This document shows positions 29,478 to 38,239 of a DNA stretch of 64,000 nucleotides, piece after piece (position 1 is the stretch's first letter; each line of letters begins with the position of its first letter). The position numbers and the translations under genes were made by a program. The notes below the pieces were generated by a model. It was not told the origin of the DNA, searched no databases, and saw only the letters and a program-made list of their open reading frames with translations. The stretch is from contig OZ220741.1 in the NCBI GenBank assembly GCA_965116885.1, positions 704,001 through 768,000 of the forward strand, given 5' to 3'. This stretch comes from Candidatus Latescibacterota bacterium. Its GTDB lineage: Bacteria; Latescibacterota; UBA2968.

Positions 29478-30863
29478 CTATTTTGACAAATCCATTGCCC
29501 GCCTTGTTCCGATCTTTATTTTTTCTCCAAGCGGAAACATCAATATAAACCTCGCCCCACCCTCTTTTCTGTTCTCTACCTGCACCTGTCCGTCATTTTG
29601 CATCACTATGCGCTTCACAATCGCCAACCCCAGGCCCGTGCCGCCAGTCTTTGAATCTTCATCCACCCGATAAAAAGGCTCAAATATTTTCTCTCTCAAA
29701 TGTTCGGGAATACCACAACCATCATCTTCCACACTGATATGAGCCATTTCATCCACTTTTTTTCCCGTAATCCAGATATGGTGCCTGGTATGTCGCACTG
29801 CATTGGTAACCAGATTGGTAAGCGCGCGTTTGAAATGCGTCTCATTTGCCCAGACCATCAGGTGTTCACTGTCGATATCCACAGAAATATCCCCGCGCAA
29901 TTCTGCTACCATTTCGCGCAACTCTCTCATTTGTACACAAACATCGATCTCCGTACGATGTGAAATATCCCGGTCCAATCGCGCAAAATCCATCAACTCT
30001 TCAACCAGATCATTCAATTCATAAACCGAGCGTTCAATGCGCTGAATATCCGCGTTCTGACCCCCCGATACGCGATCTCTCTTCACTTGATTAAGAAGAA
30101 AAAAAATACGTGCCAGAGGCGTTCTCAGTTCGTGCGACACCGCCCTTAAAAGCTCTCGCTGCCCATCTACTACCCCCTCAATGCGATCGGCCATGCCATT
30201 GAAACTGCGCGCCAAATCCGCCACGGCCTGGCCCTTCCCAACCGGAGACCGGCTGCTCAAATCACCCCTCCCAAATCGCTCGGCGGCATCCGACAATGCG
30301 TAAATTCGACGTTCAAAAGGGTGAATCAAAAAATAAATCGCCACACCTATACCCAACAAAATCGCGACCAAAATGCCAAAAAAGAAAACATCGATCTGAA
30401 AAAAGAAATTGTCGCCATCTCCCTCACCATCTCCTTCTTCAATCAAATTATCCTGCCATCGAATCATCTCCTCGAGCAGGTATGGTCCCAACACAATAAC
30501 ATCGCCATTGGGTGCCATCTGGTATGTCTGCAATCTTTCCTCTATGGAAATAGTCACAACCTCTCCAGCTTTCAAACGGCCTTTCTCTGCCGAAGAAAGC
30601 GGCAAAACAAACACTGGCTCCAGCGTAATGGGCATTCGGTGCGTCAGACTGAACATATTGAGCACCAGCAACTGTGCCACCGGATCTACATCCACAGCCT
30701 CAAGCTCCTCGCGAACCATTGCGATAAGCACCTGGGTCTTGTCCTCAAAATCAGCCTGCCGAACAGAGGCGACCCACTGCTTTGACATTGCCAAAAGTCC
30801 AAACGCACTCAAAAGCAAAACAATGGCAATTCCCGCATAAATACGGATAAACTGTTTCCTCAT
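29478..30863 (-). CDS. Sensor histidine kinase (HAMP-HisKA-HATPase; RstB/CpxA-like)
   Basis: Two TM segments, FNGMADRI, VSHELRTPL, NLVTNA, EDDGCGI, IFEPFYR, GGTGLGLAIV. Confidence 0.95.
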   Translation of the reverse strand: MRKQFIRIYAGIAIVLLLSAFGLLAMSKQWVASVRQADFEDKTQVLIAMVREELEAVDVDPVAQLLVLNMFSLTHRMPITLEPVFVLPLSSAEKGRLKAGEVVTISIEERLQTYQMAPNGDVIVLGPYLLEEMIRWQDNLIEEGDGEGDGDNFFFQIDVFFFGILVAILLGIGVAIYFLIHPFERRIYALSDAAERFGRGDLSSRSPVGKGQAVADLARSFNGMADRIEGVVDGQRELLRAVSHELRTPLARIFFLLNQVKRDRVSGGQNADIQRIERSVYELNDLVEELMDFARLDRDISHRTEIDVCVQMRELREMVAELRGDISVDIDSEHLMVWANETHFKRALTNLVTNAVRHTRHHIWITGKKVDEMAHISVEDDGCGIPEHLREKIFEPFYRVDEDSKTGGTGLGLAIVKRIVMQNDGQVQVENRKEGGARFILMFPLGEKIKIGTRRAMDLSK

Positions 30864-30884
30864 CGGTCACTCGCTCGCATAATT

Positions 30885-30919
30885 ACACTTCCACCTTCAC
30901 ACTTCACACTTCATCCTTC
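30885..30919. repeat. 7-bp tandem repeat x5 (acacttc-like) between response regulator and kinase
   Basis: acacttc caccttc acacttc acacttc atccttc. Confidence 0.7.
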
Positions 30920-31622
30920 ACCCTTCATTCGCTGGTCCCGACAGAAGATACCCCACACTGCGCACGGTCTTGATCGAAACAGATGTTGCATTATCTCCGC
31001 TGAGTTTTTGGCGAAGGCGCGAAATGTACACATCCACGCTGCGATCCAATCCATCGTAATCGTAGTTAAACAACGCCTGATAAATATCTTGCCGACTCAC
31101 CACTTCACCGGCTCGATTGGCCAGATAATAGAGCAAATCAAACTCATAAGTCGTAAGATCAACAACGCGTTCTCCCATCCTGGCCTCCCGACAATTTGCA
31201 TCTACTATCAAATCCCCCACCCTCACCCGCTTTGACGCCGTAGATCTCTGAGTACTAACAGCCCTGCGCAGCAATGCGCGCACCCTCGCCACAAGTAATT
31301 GGGGCCGCACGGGTTTGGTCACATAATCATCACCGCCCATCTCCAGGCCCAAAATTTCATCTAATTCTTCATCTCGAGCCGTCAAAAATAAAATTGGCCC
31401 ATCGTATTCTGGACGCACTTCCCGACAAACGGTATATCCATTCATACCCGGCAACATGATATCCAGAATGATCATATCGGGCGGAGAAGCCAAAATGCGA
31501 TCTCGAGCGGCTTTACCCTCGGCCTCGTGCCAGACCACAAATCCTTCATTCTCCAAAAAATCTCGCATCAACTCCGCCAATTCCCTATCGTCTTCCACCA
31601 ACAGAATTATCTGATCGGCCAT
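30918..31622 (-). CDS. OmpR-family response regulator (RstA-like)
   Basis: ILLVEDD, LDIMLPG, FLTA, DDYVTKP, DRSVDVYISRLRQKL, IKTVRSVGY; start set at MADQII. Confidence 0.95.
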   Translation of the reverse strand: MADQIILLVEDDRELAELMRDFLENEGFVVWHEAEGKAARDRILASPPDMIILDIMLPGMNGYTVCREVRPEYDGPILFLTARDEELDEILGLEMGGDDYVTKPVRPQLLVARVRALLRRAVSTQRSTASKRVRVGDLIVDANCREARMGERVVDLTTYEFDLLYYLANRAGEVVSRQDIYQALFNYDYDGLDRSVDVYISRLRQKLSGDNATSVSIKTVRSVGYLLSGPANEG

Positions 31623-31657
31623 GGGATTTATCCCCGATTTTGGATTTGCCTGCTCAC

Positions 31658-32533
31658 TTACACCAGACTCTTGACGGTTTCCACAATCTGTGTGCGTTGT
31701 GCATCGCTCGCCGATCGTCCCGGCGGCCTCGGATCTCCACAATCAACTCCTAACCGCGCACTCAACGCTACCTTGATCACCGAATGAAAGCCACCGCCTG
31801 CACTCAACATCTCATAAGCACGCGACGCCTTATCCTGTGCTGCTTCTGCCGCCTGCAAATCCCCTGCTCGATACGCTTTCCAAATCGCCACCCACAATTC
31901 GGGAAACACATTCAGCGGCCCATCCACACACCCACACGCGCCAATAGTCATCGCCGGCAACATCAATCGGTGATTGCCAATAAAACACGACAACCCCATC
32001 CCCGCAAACGTCCGCACATTTGCGAACGTCGATGCCGAATGCTTTAATCCCTTCAATTGTGGCACGCGGTCTTGAATTTTTGCCATCATCCCCGGCGTAA
32101 TTTCCACGCCTGTTGCCCCCGGCAAATTGTACACAAATAGCGGCAGATCTGCAGCACCTGCCACAATTCGATAATGCTCGGCAATATCGTCGTCATCGCG
32201 CCGATAAAAAAACGGTGGCACACAACACAGCGCATCTGCACCCACATGGGCTGCGTGCTCTGCCAACCTCGCTGCGCGGTCTGTTGTTGGCGCACCCACA
32301 TGCATAATAACTTTTGCACGCCCATTCGATTGATCCACAATCGCCGATGCAACCTGCATATTTTCATCATCGTCCAACAACACACTCTCCCCAGTACCCC
32401 CCGCAACCCAAAAACCGTGTACACCGGCTTCGATATTAAACTCTACAATTTTGCGAAACACCGCTTCGTTAAACCGTCCGTCCTGTCCCATAGGCGTCGC
32501 AATAGCAGGTACTACGCCCACAAAATCGCCCAT
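31658..32533 (-). CDS. Dihydrodipicolinate synthase / N-acetylneuraminate lyase family
   Basis: PAIATP, GGTGE, PPFFY, YNLP.ATG, GLKHS Schiff-base Lys. Confidence 0.92.
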   Translation of the reverse strand: MGDFVGVVPAIATPMGQDGRFNEAVFRKIVEFNIEAGVHGFWVAGGTGESVLLDDDENMQVASAIVDQSNGRAKVIMHVGAPTTDRAARLAEHAAHVGADALCCVPPFFYRRDDDDIAEHYRIVAGAADLPLFVYNLPGATGVEITPGMMAKIQDRVPQLKGLKHSASTFANVRTFAGMGLSCFIGNHRLMLPAMTIGACGCVDGPLNVFPELWVAIWKAYRAGDLQAAEAAQDKASRAYEMLSAGGGFHSVIKVALSARLGVDCGDPRPPGRSASDAQRTQIVETVKSLV

Positions 32534-32547
32534 TCAAATCTCCCATT

Positions 32548-33315
32548 TTAGAGTCCTTGCCCCAGCGTGCGAATATCCAACCGCGTAACACTCACATGTC
32601 CCGCACGCAAAACCATACCATCTGTACCCGCGCGTTCTTCTACCTCTGGCTGATCGATATTGTGATAATATCCCTCTTCTGACGCCACAAAACACGACGT
32701 GTAAAACGTATGCCCGAGCACCGTTTGTACAACGCGCCAGTCATCAGATGGTTCAGCCGGCATATTCACATTCCACGTCACGGGATCGGACAGAAAATCT
32801 GTCCGATCGTTCAAAAACGCAAATACGCGATTCAACATCGCACGACATCTTTCGAACAACAATTCCCGCACATCGGGTTGCATCGCGCGATCTTCAACCC
32901 ACTGTCGAAACACCTGCGCGGGTAAAACCTGTGACAATGCCACACCCGGCAATCCCGCGATATTGGCTTCCAGAGCAGCCCCAACTGTCCCCGATGAAAG
33001 CGTGAAACTCAACCCCGAATTACTACCCATATTAATACCCGAAATCACCAGATCGGGCTTGCCGCCGTCAAACAAATGATAAATGCCAAAATTCGCGCAA
33101 TCCGCTGGCGTCCCCGAAAACGAGTATGTCTCACACCCAAACCCATCCAACCGCTCGACAAGACGCATGCCAAACCGCGTCATCGCCTTGCCTTTCCAAC
33201 TCTGCTCCTCGGCGGGCACCACGGCTTTCACATCACCCATCGCCTGAAAATAATCCACAGCAAACAAAAACAAAGGAGAATCCAAACTATCGTCATTCGT
33301 CAATAAAATTTTCAA
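32548..33315 (-). CDS. surE: 5'/3'-nucleotidase SurE family
   Basis: ILLTNDD, P..EQS, GTPADC, PDLVISGINMGSN, SGTVGAALEA, NVNMP. Confidence 0.9.
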   Translation of the reverse strand: MKILLTNDDSLDSPLFLFAVDYFQAMGDVKAVVPAEEQSWKGKAMTRFGMRLVERLDGFGCETYSFSGTPADCANFGIYHLFDGGKPDLVISGINMGSNSGLSFTLSSGTVGAALEANIAGLPGVALSQVLPAQVFRQWVEDRAMQPDVRELLFERCRAMLNRVFAFLNDRTDFLSDPVTWNVNMPAEPSDDWRVVQTVLGHTFYTSCFVASEEGYYHNIDQPEVEERAGTDGMVLRAGHVSVTRLDIRTLGQGL

Positions 33316-33318
33316 AAA

Positions 33319-34797
33319 TCACCCCCCAATCTCCTCAAAAGGATACATCGGCTCGCGGCGAAACTCGTATTCAAAACCTCGCATATCCGCCGCTGTTGCG
33401 CCCGGTGTATCCACCCGAATTAAAGCCGTACACACCGGCTGATACGCCGCAACAGGTGCATGCACACCCTTGGCCACAACCACCTGAAACGCGGCGGGAT
33501 CGAGATCGCAACTCGTCATCAACCCCAGACTCACGGGCACCGCGCGCCGCGAAGTCAAACTAATTGCAATACCCGTATCCGTCTCCACAATCGCCGTTGG
33601 TCCCATATCAAAAGCAGTTCGCCCGCCGTGTCGCACCTCTGCCTCTCTGTACTTCCCCAGGTGCAAACTGCGCACCCGCACCTCTGCTCTCAAAGGCGCA
33701 CCGTGCAAATCATCCGTCTTACCTCCGATATCCAGCACCACGCGATTTCCAACCCCCGTCTCTCGCGCTCGCGCCTGCGATTCCGGATCAAAAATACACA
33801 CAAAGCCCGTGGTATTTCCCCGCCTGTGCAACTCGTGCAAAATTTCCGTACCATCACCCGCTGACCCTCCACCCACATTATCGCCCATATCGAGCAAACA
33901 AACAGGACCCTCTTGTCCCACCGCCATATCAACAGCATCTGGAACAGGGATATACTCGCCCACAAACTCCGCGCGATGAGCAAACAAAAAATCCGCCAAC
34001 CGATTCGCCAGCACCTGTGCCCGCTCCACATCACCATCTGTCACCACCACAAATGCCGACCCCATCTCCTCTACATCGGCATACGGAAAACCCAGCACAA
34101 CACTATTCGACAAAACACCGGGTTCTCCCAACATCTCATCTGCCAATTCATACATCGGCAAACACGGCGGCGCAAAAGTCGATTGACGCTCAATATTAAT
34201 CCCAATACGGGGAAAAGCCCCCGCTTGCACAGGCGCCACCTCTCCCTTCAGCGTTCGCACCATCAGCGACGCAGCTTCCAGCCCGCGCTGCTTCTGATCG
34301 AGATGGGGATTCGAGCGATAGGCTATCGTCGCATCGCACGCCGCAACCATGCGCGGCGACAAATTGGCATGCGGATCAATCGTGCAAATAATCGGCTTCT
34401 CAGGCCCAACCGTCTCGCGCAAACGCGACAACCAGTGCCCATCCATATCGCGGTACTCGTCGCCCTCACCCGAATTTGCCCCGTGAGGCGCCACCAGATA
34501 CCCATCCACTTCACCCACAGCCTCCACCTCATCAAACATCAACCGCATCAATTCTTCACACGTCTCTCTGGTAATGCGTCCAGAAGGCGTTGTCCCCGCA
34601 TGAAAAATCGGCAGTGCATCGATGCCTGCCGACTCCAAACCTTCTAAAAATCCACTAACTTCGTGATGTCCACCCGAATAGTGATCATACATCGCCCGAC
34701 CCGTAAAAATCCCGTCCCTTCGGAACGAATCCATAGTCGTTGGCGTGCTGATAAACGTATTCGACTCGTGCAACAGTGAAATAATGCCCACGCGCAT
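33319..34797 (-). CDS. MlrC family (M81) metallopeptidase
   Basis: HESNTF, HGA, DPHANLS, YRSNPHLD, GFPYADV, DMGDNVGGG..GDGT. Confidence 0.92.
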   Translation of the reverse strand: MRVGIISLLHESNTFISTPTTMDSFRRDGIFTGRAMYDHYSGGHHEVSGFLEGLESAGIDALPIFHAGTTPSGRITRETCEELMRLMFDEVEAVGEVDGYLVAPHGANSGEGDEYRDMDGHWLSRLRETVGPEKPIICTIDPHANLSPRMVAACDATIAYRSNPHLDQKQRGLEAASLMVRTLKGEVAPVQAGAFPRIGINIERQSTFAPPCLPMYELADEMLGEPGVLSNSVVLGFPYADVEEMGSAFVVVTDGDVERAQVLANRLADFLFAHRAEFVGEYIPVPDAVDMAVGQEGPVCLLDMGDNVGGGSAGDGTEILHELHRRGNTTGFVCIFDPESQARARETGVGNRVVLDIGGKTDDLHGAPLRAEVRVRSLHLGKYREAEVRHGGRTAFDMGPTAIVETDTGIAISLTSRRAVPVSLGLMTSCDLDPAAFQVVVAKGVHAPVAAYQPVCTALIRVDTPGATAADMRGFEYEFRREPMYPFEEIGG

Positions 34798-34811
34798 CGG
34801 GAATACTCCTC

Positions 34812-35252
34812 TCATATTTCCACAACGAGATACGTCTCCTCCACCGTCACTTCAAACGTCTCTGCCACATAGGGACCCTTCACCAATCCCGCCATATCTC
34901 CCTCGCCCTCTATCTCTGCGCCCTGTGCAACTTCCACCTCATAGCTGCGCACGCGCACACTGGAAGGATCGACCCACGATTGCCCCGTCTTAATATCGTA
35001 CTCCCATCCATGCCATGGACACCGCAAAATTTCCCCCTTGCGCGTGTACTCGTATTCTCCCGGCACATTTGCCGTCACAAAACCCGACACCCGTCCCTTG
35101 CACAGCGCGCCCCCCTGATGAGGGCATCGATTCCTCAGAGCATAAAATTCGCCGTGGACATTAAACACCCCGATCTCCCGCCCCTCAATCGTCACCAATT
35201 TTCGCTCACCCGGAGGGATCTCATCAACTGTTCCAATAATATGTTTCGCCAT
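34812..35252 (-). CDS. Rieske [2Fe-2S] ferredoxin
   Basis: NRCPHQG ... CPWHGWEYDIKTG. Confidence 0.95.
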   Translation of the reverse strand: MAKHIIGTVDEIPPGERKLVTIEGREIGVFNVHGEFYALRNRCPHQGGALCKGRVSGFVTANVPGEYEYTRKGEILRCPWHGWEYDIKTGQSWVDPSSVRVRSYEVEVAQGAEIEGEGDMAGLVKGPYVAETFEVTVEETYLVVEI

Positions 35253-35260
35253 AATACTCC

Positions 35261-36352
35261 TTACGCCAACTGATACAACGCCCGCGCATTCTCCGCCAGA
35301 ATATTGCGCCGCACATCCTTATCCATACCCGAGGGCAGCGCCACATCGGGCGCGTCAAAATCCCAGTGGGGATAATCCGTGGCAAACATCAACTTATCGT
35401 TCATATCCATATGATCCATCATCTGAAAAAAGTACTCGCGTTGTGGGGGTTCTTCCATAGGTTGCGTACTGACCCAGAAATGATCGCGGACATACTCCGA
35501 CGGCAGCCGCTTCAAATGCGGCAACTCCACCTTCAGCTTCTCATAACAACTATCCAGCCGCCACATCAAAGGGGGCATCCACGCAAATCCCCCCTCAATC
35601 AACACCACTTTCAAATCCGGAAACGCTTCAAACACGCCTTCATACACCAAACTCGTCACCTGCGCCTGAAATGCCGTGGGCATGCCCCCGTGATCCTCAA
35701 TATAATGCGACGGCTTGCCCGCGCCCGTAATCGGACCTGCGCCTGTACCGCCAAAATGAATCGCAATGGGAAAACCATTTCTCACCGCAGCCTCATACAC
35801 TTTCCAGTACTTGCGACTGCCCAGAGGCTCCATAGTCCGCACCACCAGAAGCACCTGCACAAATCCCGGATGATCGCCCATGCGGTCGATCTCTGCCGCA
35901 GCCAACTCGCCATCTTCATAAGGTGCAATCACAGACCCGCGCAACCGGGGTTCCCGCCCGAGCCACGCATCGGCTTGCCAATCGTTCACAGCCTGCCCCA
36001 TCGCCGCAGCATAACGCAAATTTTGCTGCCCACCCACGCCGATCAACGGCGTTAAAATGCCGTAATCCATATCCCACTCATCCAGCAATTGCGCGCGCAA
36101 AAACTCCAAATCGGATCCCGGCGGTCCCGAAGGCGGCCAGGCATCGTGGCGCGCGGCATTTGGCACAGCGCGGGGATACGCCGACCCGATGCGTCCGCGA
36201 CCACCAATGGTTCGGTGATAATCGTGCCATTCCTCCGCCAGATATTGAAACCACATATCCCCAGACTTCATCGTCACATGAACATCGCAATCAATAACGG
36301 CTGTTTTTTCGCGCCTTTCTATTTTTACCTCATCCATCAGCGTATCAGCCAT
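35261..36352 (-). CDS. Amidohydrolase_2-fold metalloenzyme (possible dinuclear oxygenase)
   Basis: IDCDVH, PIAIH, EGVFEAFPDLKVVLIEGG, STQPMEEP, FATDYPHWDFD; AAGGAGG RBS before 36352. Confidence 0.9.
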   Translation of the reverse strand: MADTLMDEVKIERREKTAVIDCDVHVTMKSGDMWFQYLAEEWHDYHRTIGGRGRIGSAYPRAVPNAARHDAWPPSGPPGSDLEFLRAQLLDEWDMDYGILTPLIGVGGQQNLRYAAAMGQAVNDWQADAWLGREPRLRGSVIAPYEDGELAAAEIDRMGDHPGFVQVLLVVRTMEPLGSRKYWKVYEAAVRNGFPIAIHFGGTGAGPITGAGKPSHYIEDHGGMPTAFQAQVTSLVYEGVFEAFPDLKVVLIEGGFAWMPPLMWRLDSCYEKLKVELPHLKRLPSEYVRDHFWVSTQPMEEPPQREYFFQMMDHMDMNDKLMFATDYPHWDFDAPDVALPSGMDKDVRRNILAENARALYQLA

Positions 36353-36482
36353 CTCGTGCCTCCTTGAAATCAAAATGCTATTCAACCACATTATCAGAAG
36401 TATAACGCAACATATCGGGGAAAGCAAACCCGATATGCGCTGTATCTGCATCGTTCAAAAGATAGGACTTTGTCTCTTCAAT

Positions 36483-36548
36483 ATCAAATGCCCAACCCTT
36501 GACAGTAAGGAGATTTTTAAATAGAATCTGATGGCGGTTATAAAGACC
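36483..36548 (+). repeat. Direct repeat copy 1, containing sigma70 promoter TTGACA-N17-TAGAAT
   Basis: atcaaatgccc..ccTTGACAgtaaggagatttttaaaTAGAATctgatg...ttataaagacc; near-identical to 36888-36953. Confidence 0.9.
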
Positions 36549-36640
36549 ATGGGCGAATGAGATTATTTATCATGAAGAGTGTGCATAATTCATTTGTTGT
36601 GGTGAAACGACCTGCAAAGCTTTTTTAATATTTTTCTTTT

Positions 36641-36820
36641 ATGCCTTCGGCGACCTACTTTTTGTCACCAGCCACAAAAAGTAGGCAAAAAAGGCCGCTC
36701 TCAAACGCCGAAGGGCTAAGCACAGCGCAAACCGTTTCTTTAGGAATACACCATGTAGTGGCCTTCACAGTTGAGATACCATAAAAATGTCCGCTGCGAG
36801 ACGGACTCGCGCGCTGTGCG
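36641..36820. other. Structured non-coding segment (candidate ncRNA or miniature repeat element)
   Basis: Pairings CCTTCGGCG(36644-52)/CGCCGAAGG(36706-14), CCTACTTTTTGT(36654-65)/ACAAAAAGTAGG(36674-85), GCACAGCGC(36720-28)/GCGCTGTGC(36811-19), GCGAG/CTCGC(36796-810). Confidence 0.55.
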
Positions 36821-36887
36821 TGATGGTTTTGACCAATGATTTTTCGCAATGACTTATCTGAAGTACTGTACAACGTTAATTTGTAAG

Positions 36888-36953
36888 ATCAAATGCCCGG
36901 CCTTGACAGTAAGGAGATTTTTAAATAGAATCTGATGATGATTTATAAAGACC
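36888..36953 (+). promoter_or_regulatory. Direct repeat copy 2: sigma70 promoter upstream of the DruA-NurA-HerA operon
   Basis: TTGACA 36903-36908, 17 nt spacer, TAGAAT 36926-36931. Confidence 0.85.
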
Positions 36954-37050
36954 GCGAACACACCGGTGAGATTCATACTATCAACCTTCATAAAGGACTC
37001 AGGTTGTAATTGGCGTGACAAATCCCTAATTGAATTCTAACACCCGATGA

Positions 37051-38235
37051 ATGAACCTGATCTTGGTCATGAAACTTACGAAAAAAGAACGCTCCCTAAA
37101 AAAGCATCTGCTCAGTATGGTTGAGCAGTTGCCTTCTTCAGATGATGCGCTAAATAAAGAGCAGATCCGATCCTTACACGCAGGGAAACGCCTGTCCATC
37201 ATGGCATCTATGAATGGTTTTTTTAATCATCACATTGAACTTCTACGCGAGCATATTGCCAGTCCAAACGAAATCAATATCTCCAAGATTAAACCCTACT
37301 TAAGCGTCGTGGCGGGGGGAACAAGCGACTCTCAAATCTTCAACGCTGCCTCACTTCTCTGGTCCGTACCAGTAAGCAAAGGCTTCGGACGACGTATGCG
37401 TTACCTTGTAAGGGATAAAAACAATGGTAAACTCATCGGTATTATCGGCCTAACCGATCCCGTCTTTAACCTCACACCACGAGATGCCTGGGTTGGCTGG
37501 GATTCCAATGGTCGCAAGGAACGTTTAATTCATATTATGGATGCATTTGTGCTTGGTGCTATGCCACCCTACAGCAAAATTTTAGGTGGTAAACTGGTGG
37601 CCTTGTTGGCAACTTCGAGCGAAGTAGTAAAAAACTTCCGACTAAAATATCGCAACTATAAGGGTATAATAAGTGAAAGAAAGAAGGACCCTCGCCTTGT
37701 GCTTTTGACAACATCCTCAGCACTTGGTCGGTCATCGATATACAATCGCCTGCGAATTCCGGACAGTATTGCATTTCTCTCGAATGTTGAGAATAATCGA
37801 GTTCCAACATGGTACACACAAGGTTATGGACATTTCCATATCGACGATGATACATTCAGAAAACTACAGAATGTCCTCATTCGTCGTAAGCACTCCTACG
37901 CCAGAGGAAACAGGTTCGGTGATGGCCCAAACTGGCGTATCCGAGTCATTCGCAAAGCTACAATGGAACTGGGATTGAAAGCAGACATTCTTCAACACGG
38001 TATCCGTCGACAAGTTTTCGTTATCCCTCTCGCTCACAATACGCGCGACTTCCTTCTCGGAAGGGCAAAACGCCCTAAATATATCACGATGTCAGCGAAC
38101 CAAATTACTGACTATTGGATTGAAAGGTGGGCGAGTCCTCGGGCACGACGATTCCCAGAATGGAGGAAATGGAACCTCGAAGAAACGATTACGGACCTTC
38201 ATCGACTTCATATAGTCGCTAAAAAAATGGGCTAA
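37051..38235 (+). CDS. DUF4338 / Druantia DruA-like protein
   Basis: WSVPVSKGFGRRMRYLVRDKNNGKLIGIIGL.DPVFNL..RD.WVGW, MDAFVLGA.PPYS.ILGGKLVALL, TTSSALGRSSIYNRL, T.GYGHFH. Confidence 0.82.
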   Translation: MNLILVMKLTKKERSLKKHLLSMVEQLPSSDDALNKEQIRSLHAGKRLSIMASMNGFFNHHIELLREHIASPNEINISKIKPYLSVVAGGTSDSQIFNAASLLWSVPVSKGFGRRMRYLVRDKNNGKLIGIIGLTDPVFNLTPRDAWVGWDSNGRKERLIHIMDAFVLGAMPPYSKILGGKLVALLATSSEVVKNFRLKYRNYKGIISERKKDPRLVLLTTSSALGRSSIYNRLRIPDSIAFLSNVENNRVPTWYTQGYGHFHIDDDTFRKLQNVLIRRKHSYARGNRFGDGPNWRIRVIRKATMELGLKADILQHGIRRQVFVIPLAHNTRDFLLGRAKRPKYITMSANQITDYWIERWASPRARRFPEWRKWNLEETITDLHRLHIVAKKMG

Positions 38236-38239
38236 CAAC

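Noticed and set aside
36655..36873. 72-aa minus-strand ORF in the inter-promoter segment
   Set aside because: No RBS or recognisable motif; the region is better explained by base-paired structure
36483..36953. Direct repeats as a CRISPR array
   Set aside because: Only two copies, about 66 bp long and 405 bp apart, each containing a promoter; no cas genes nearby
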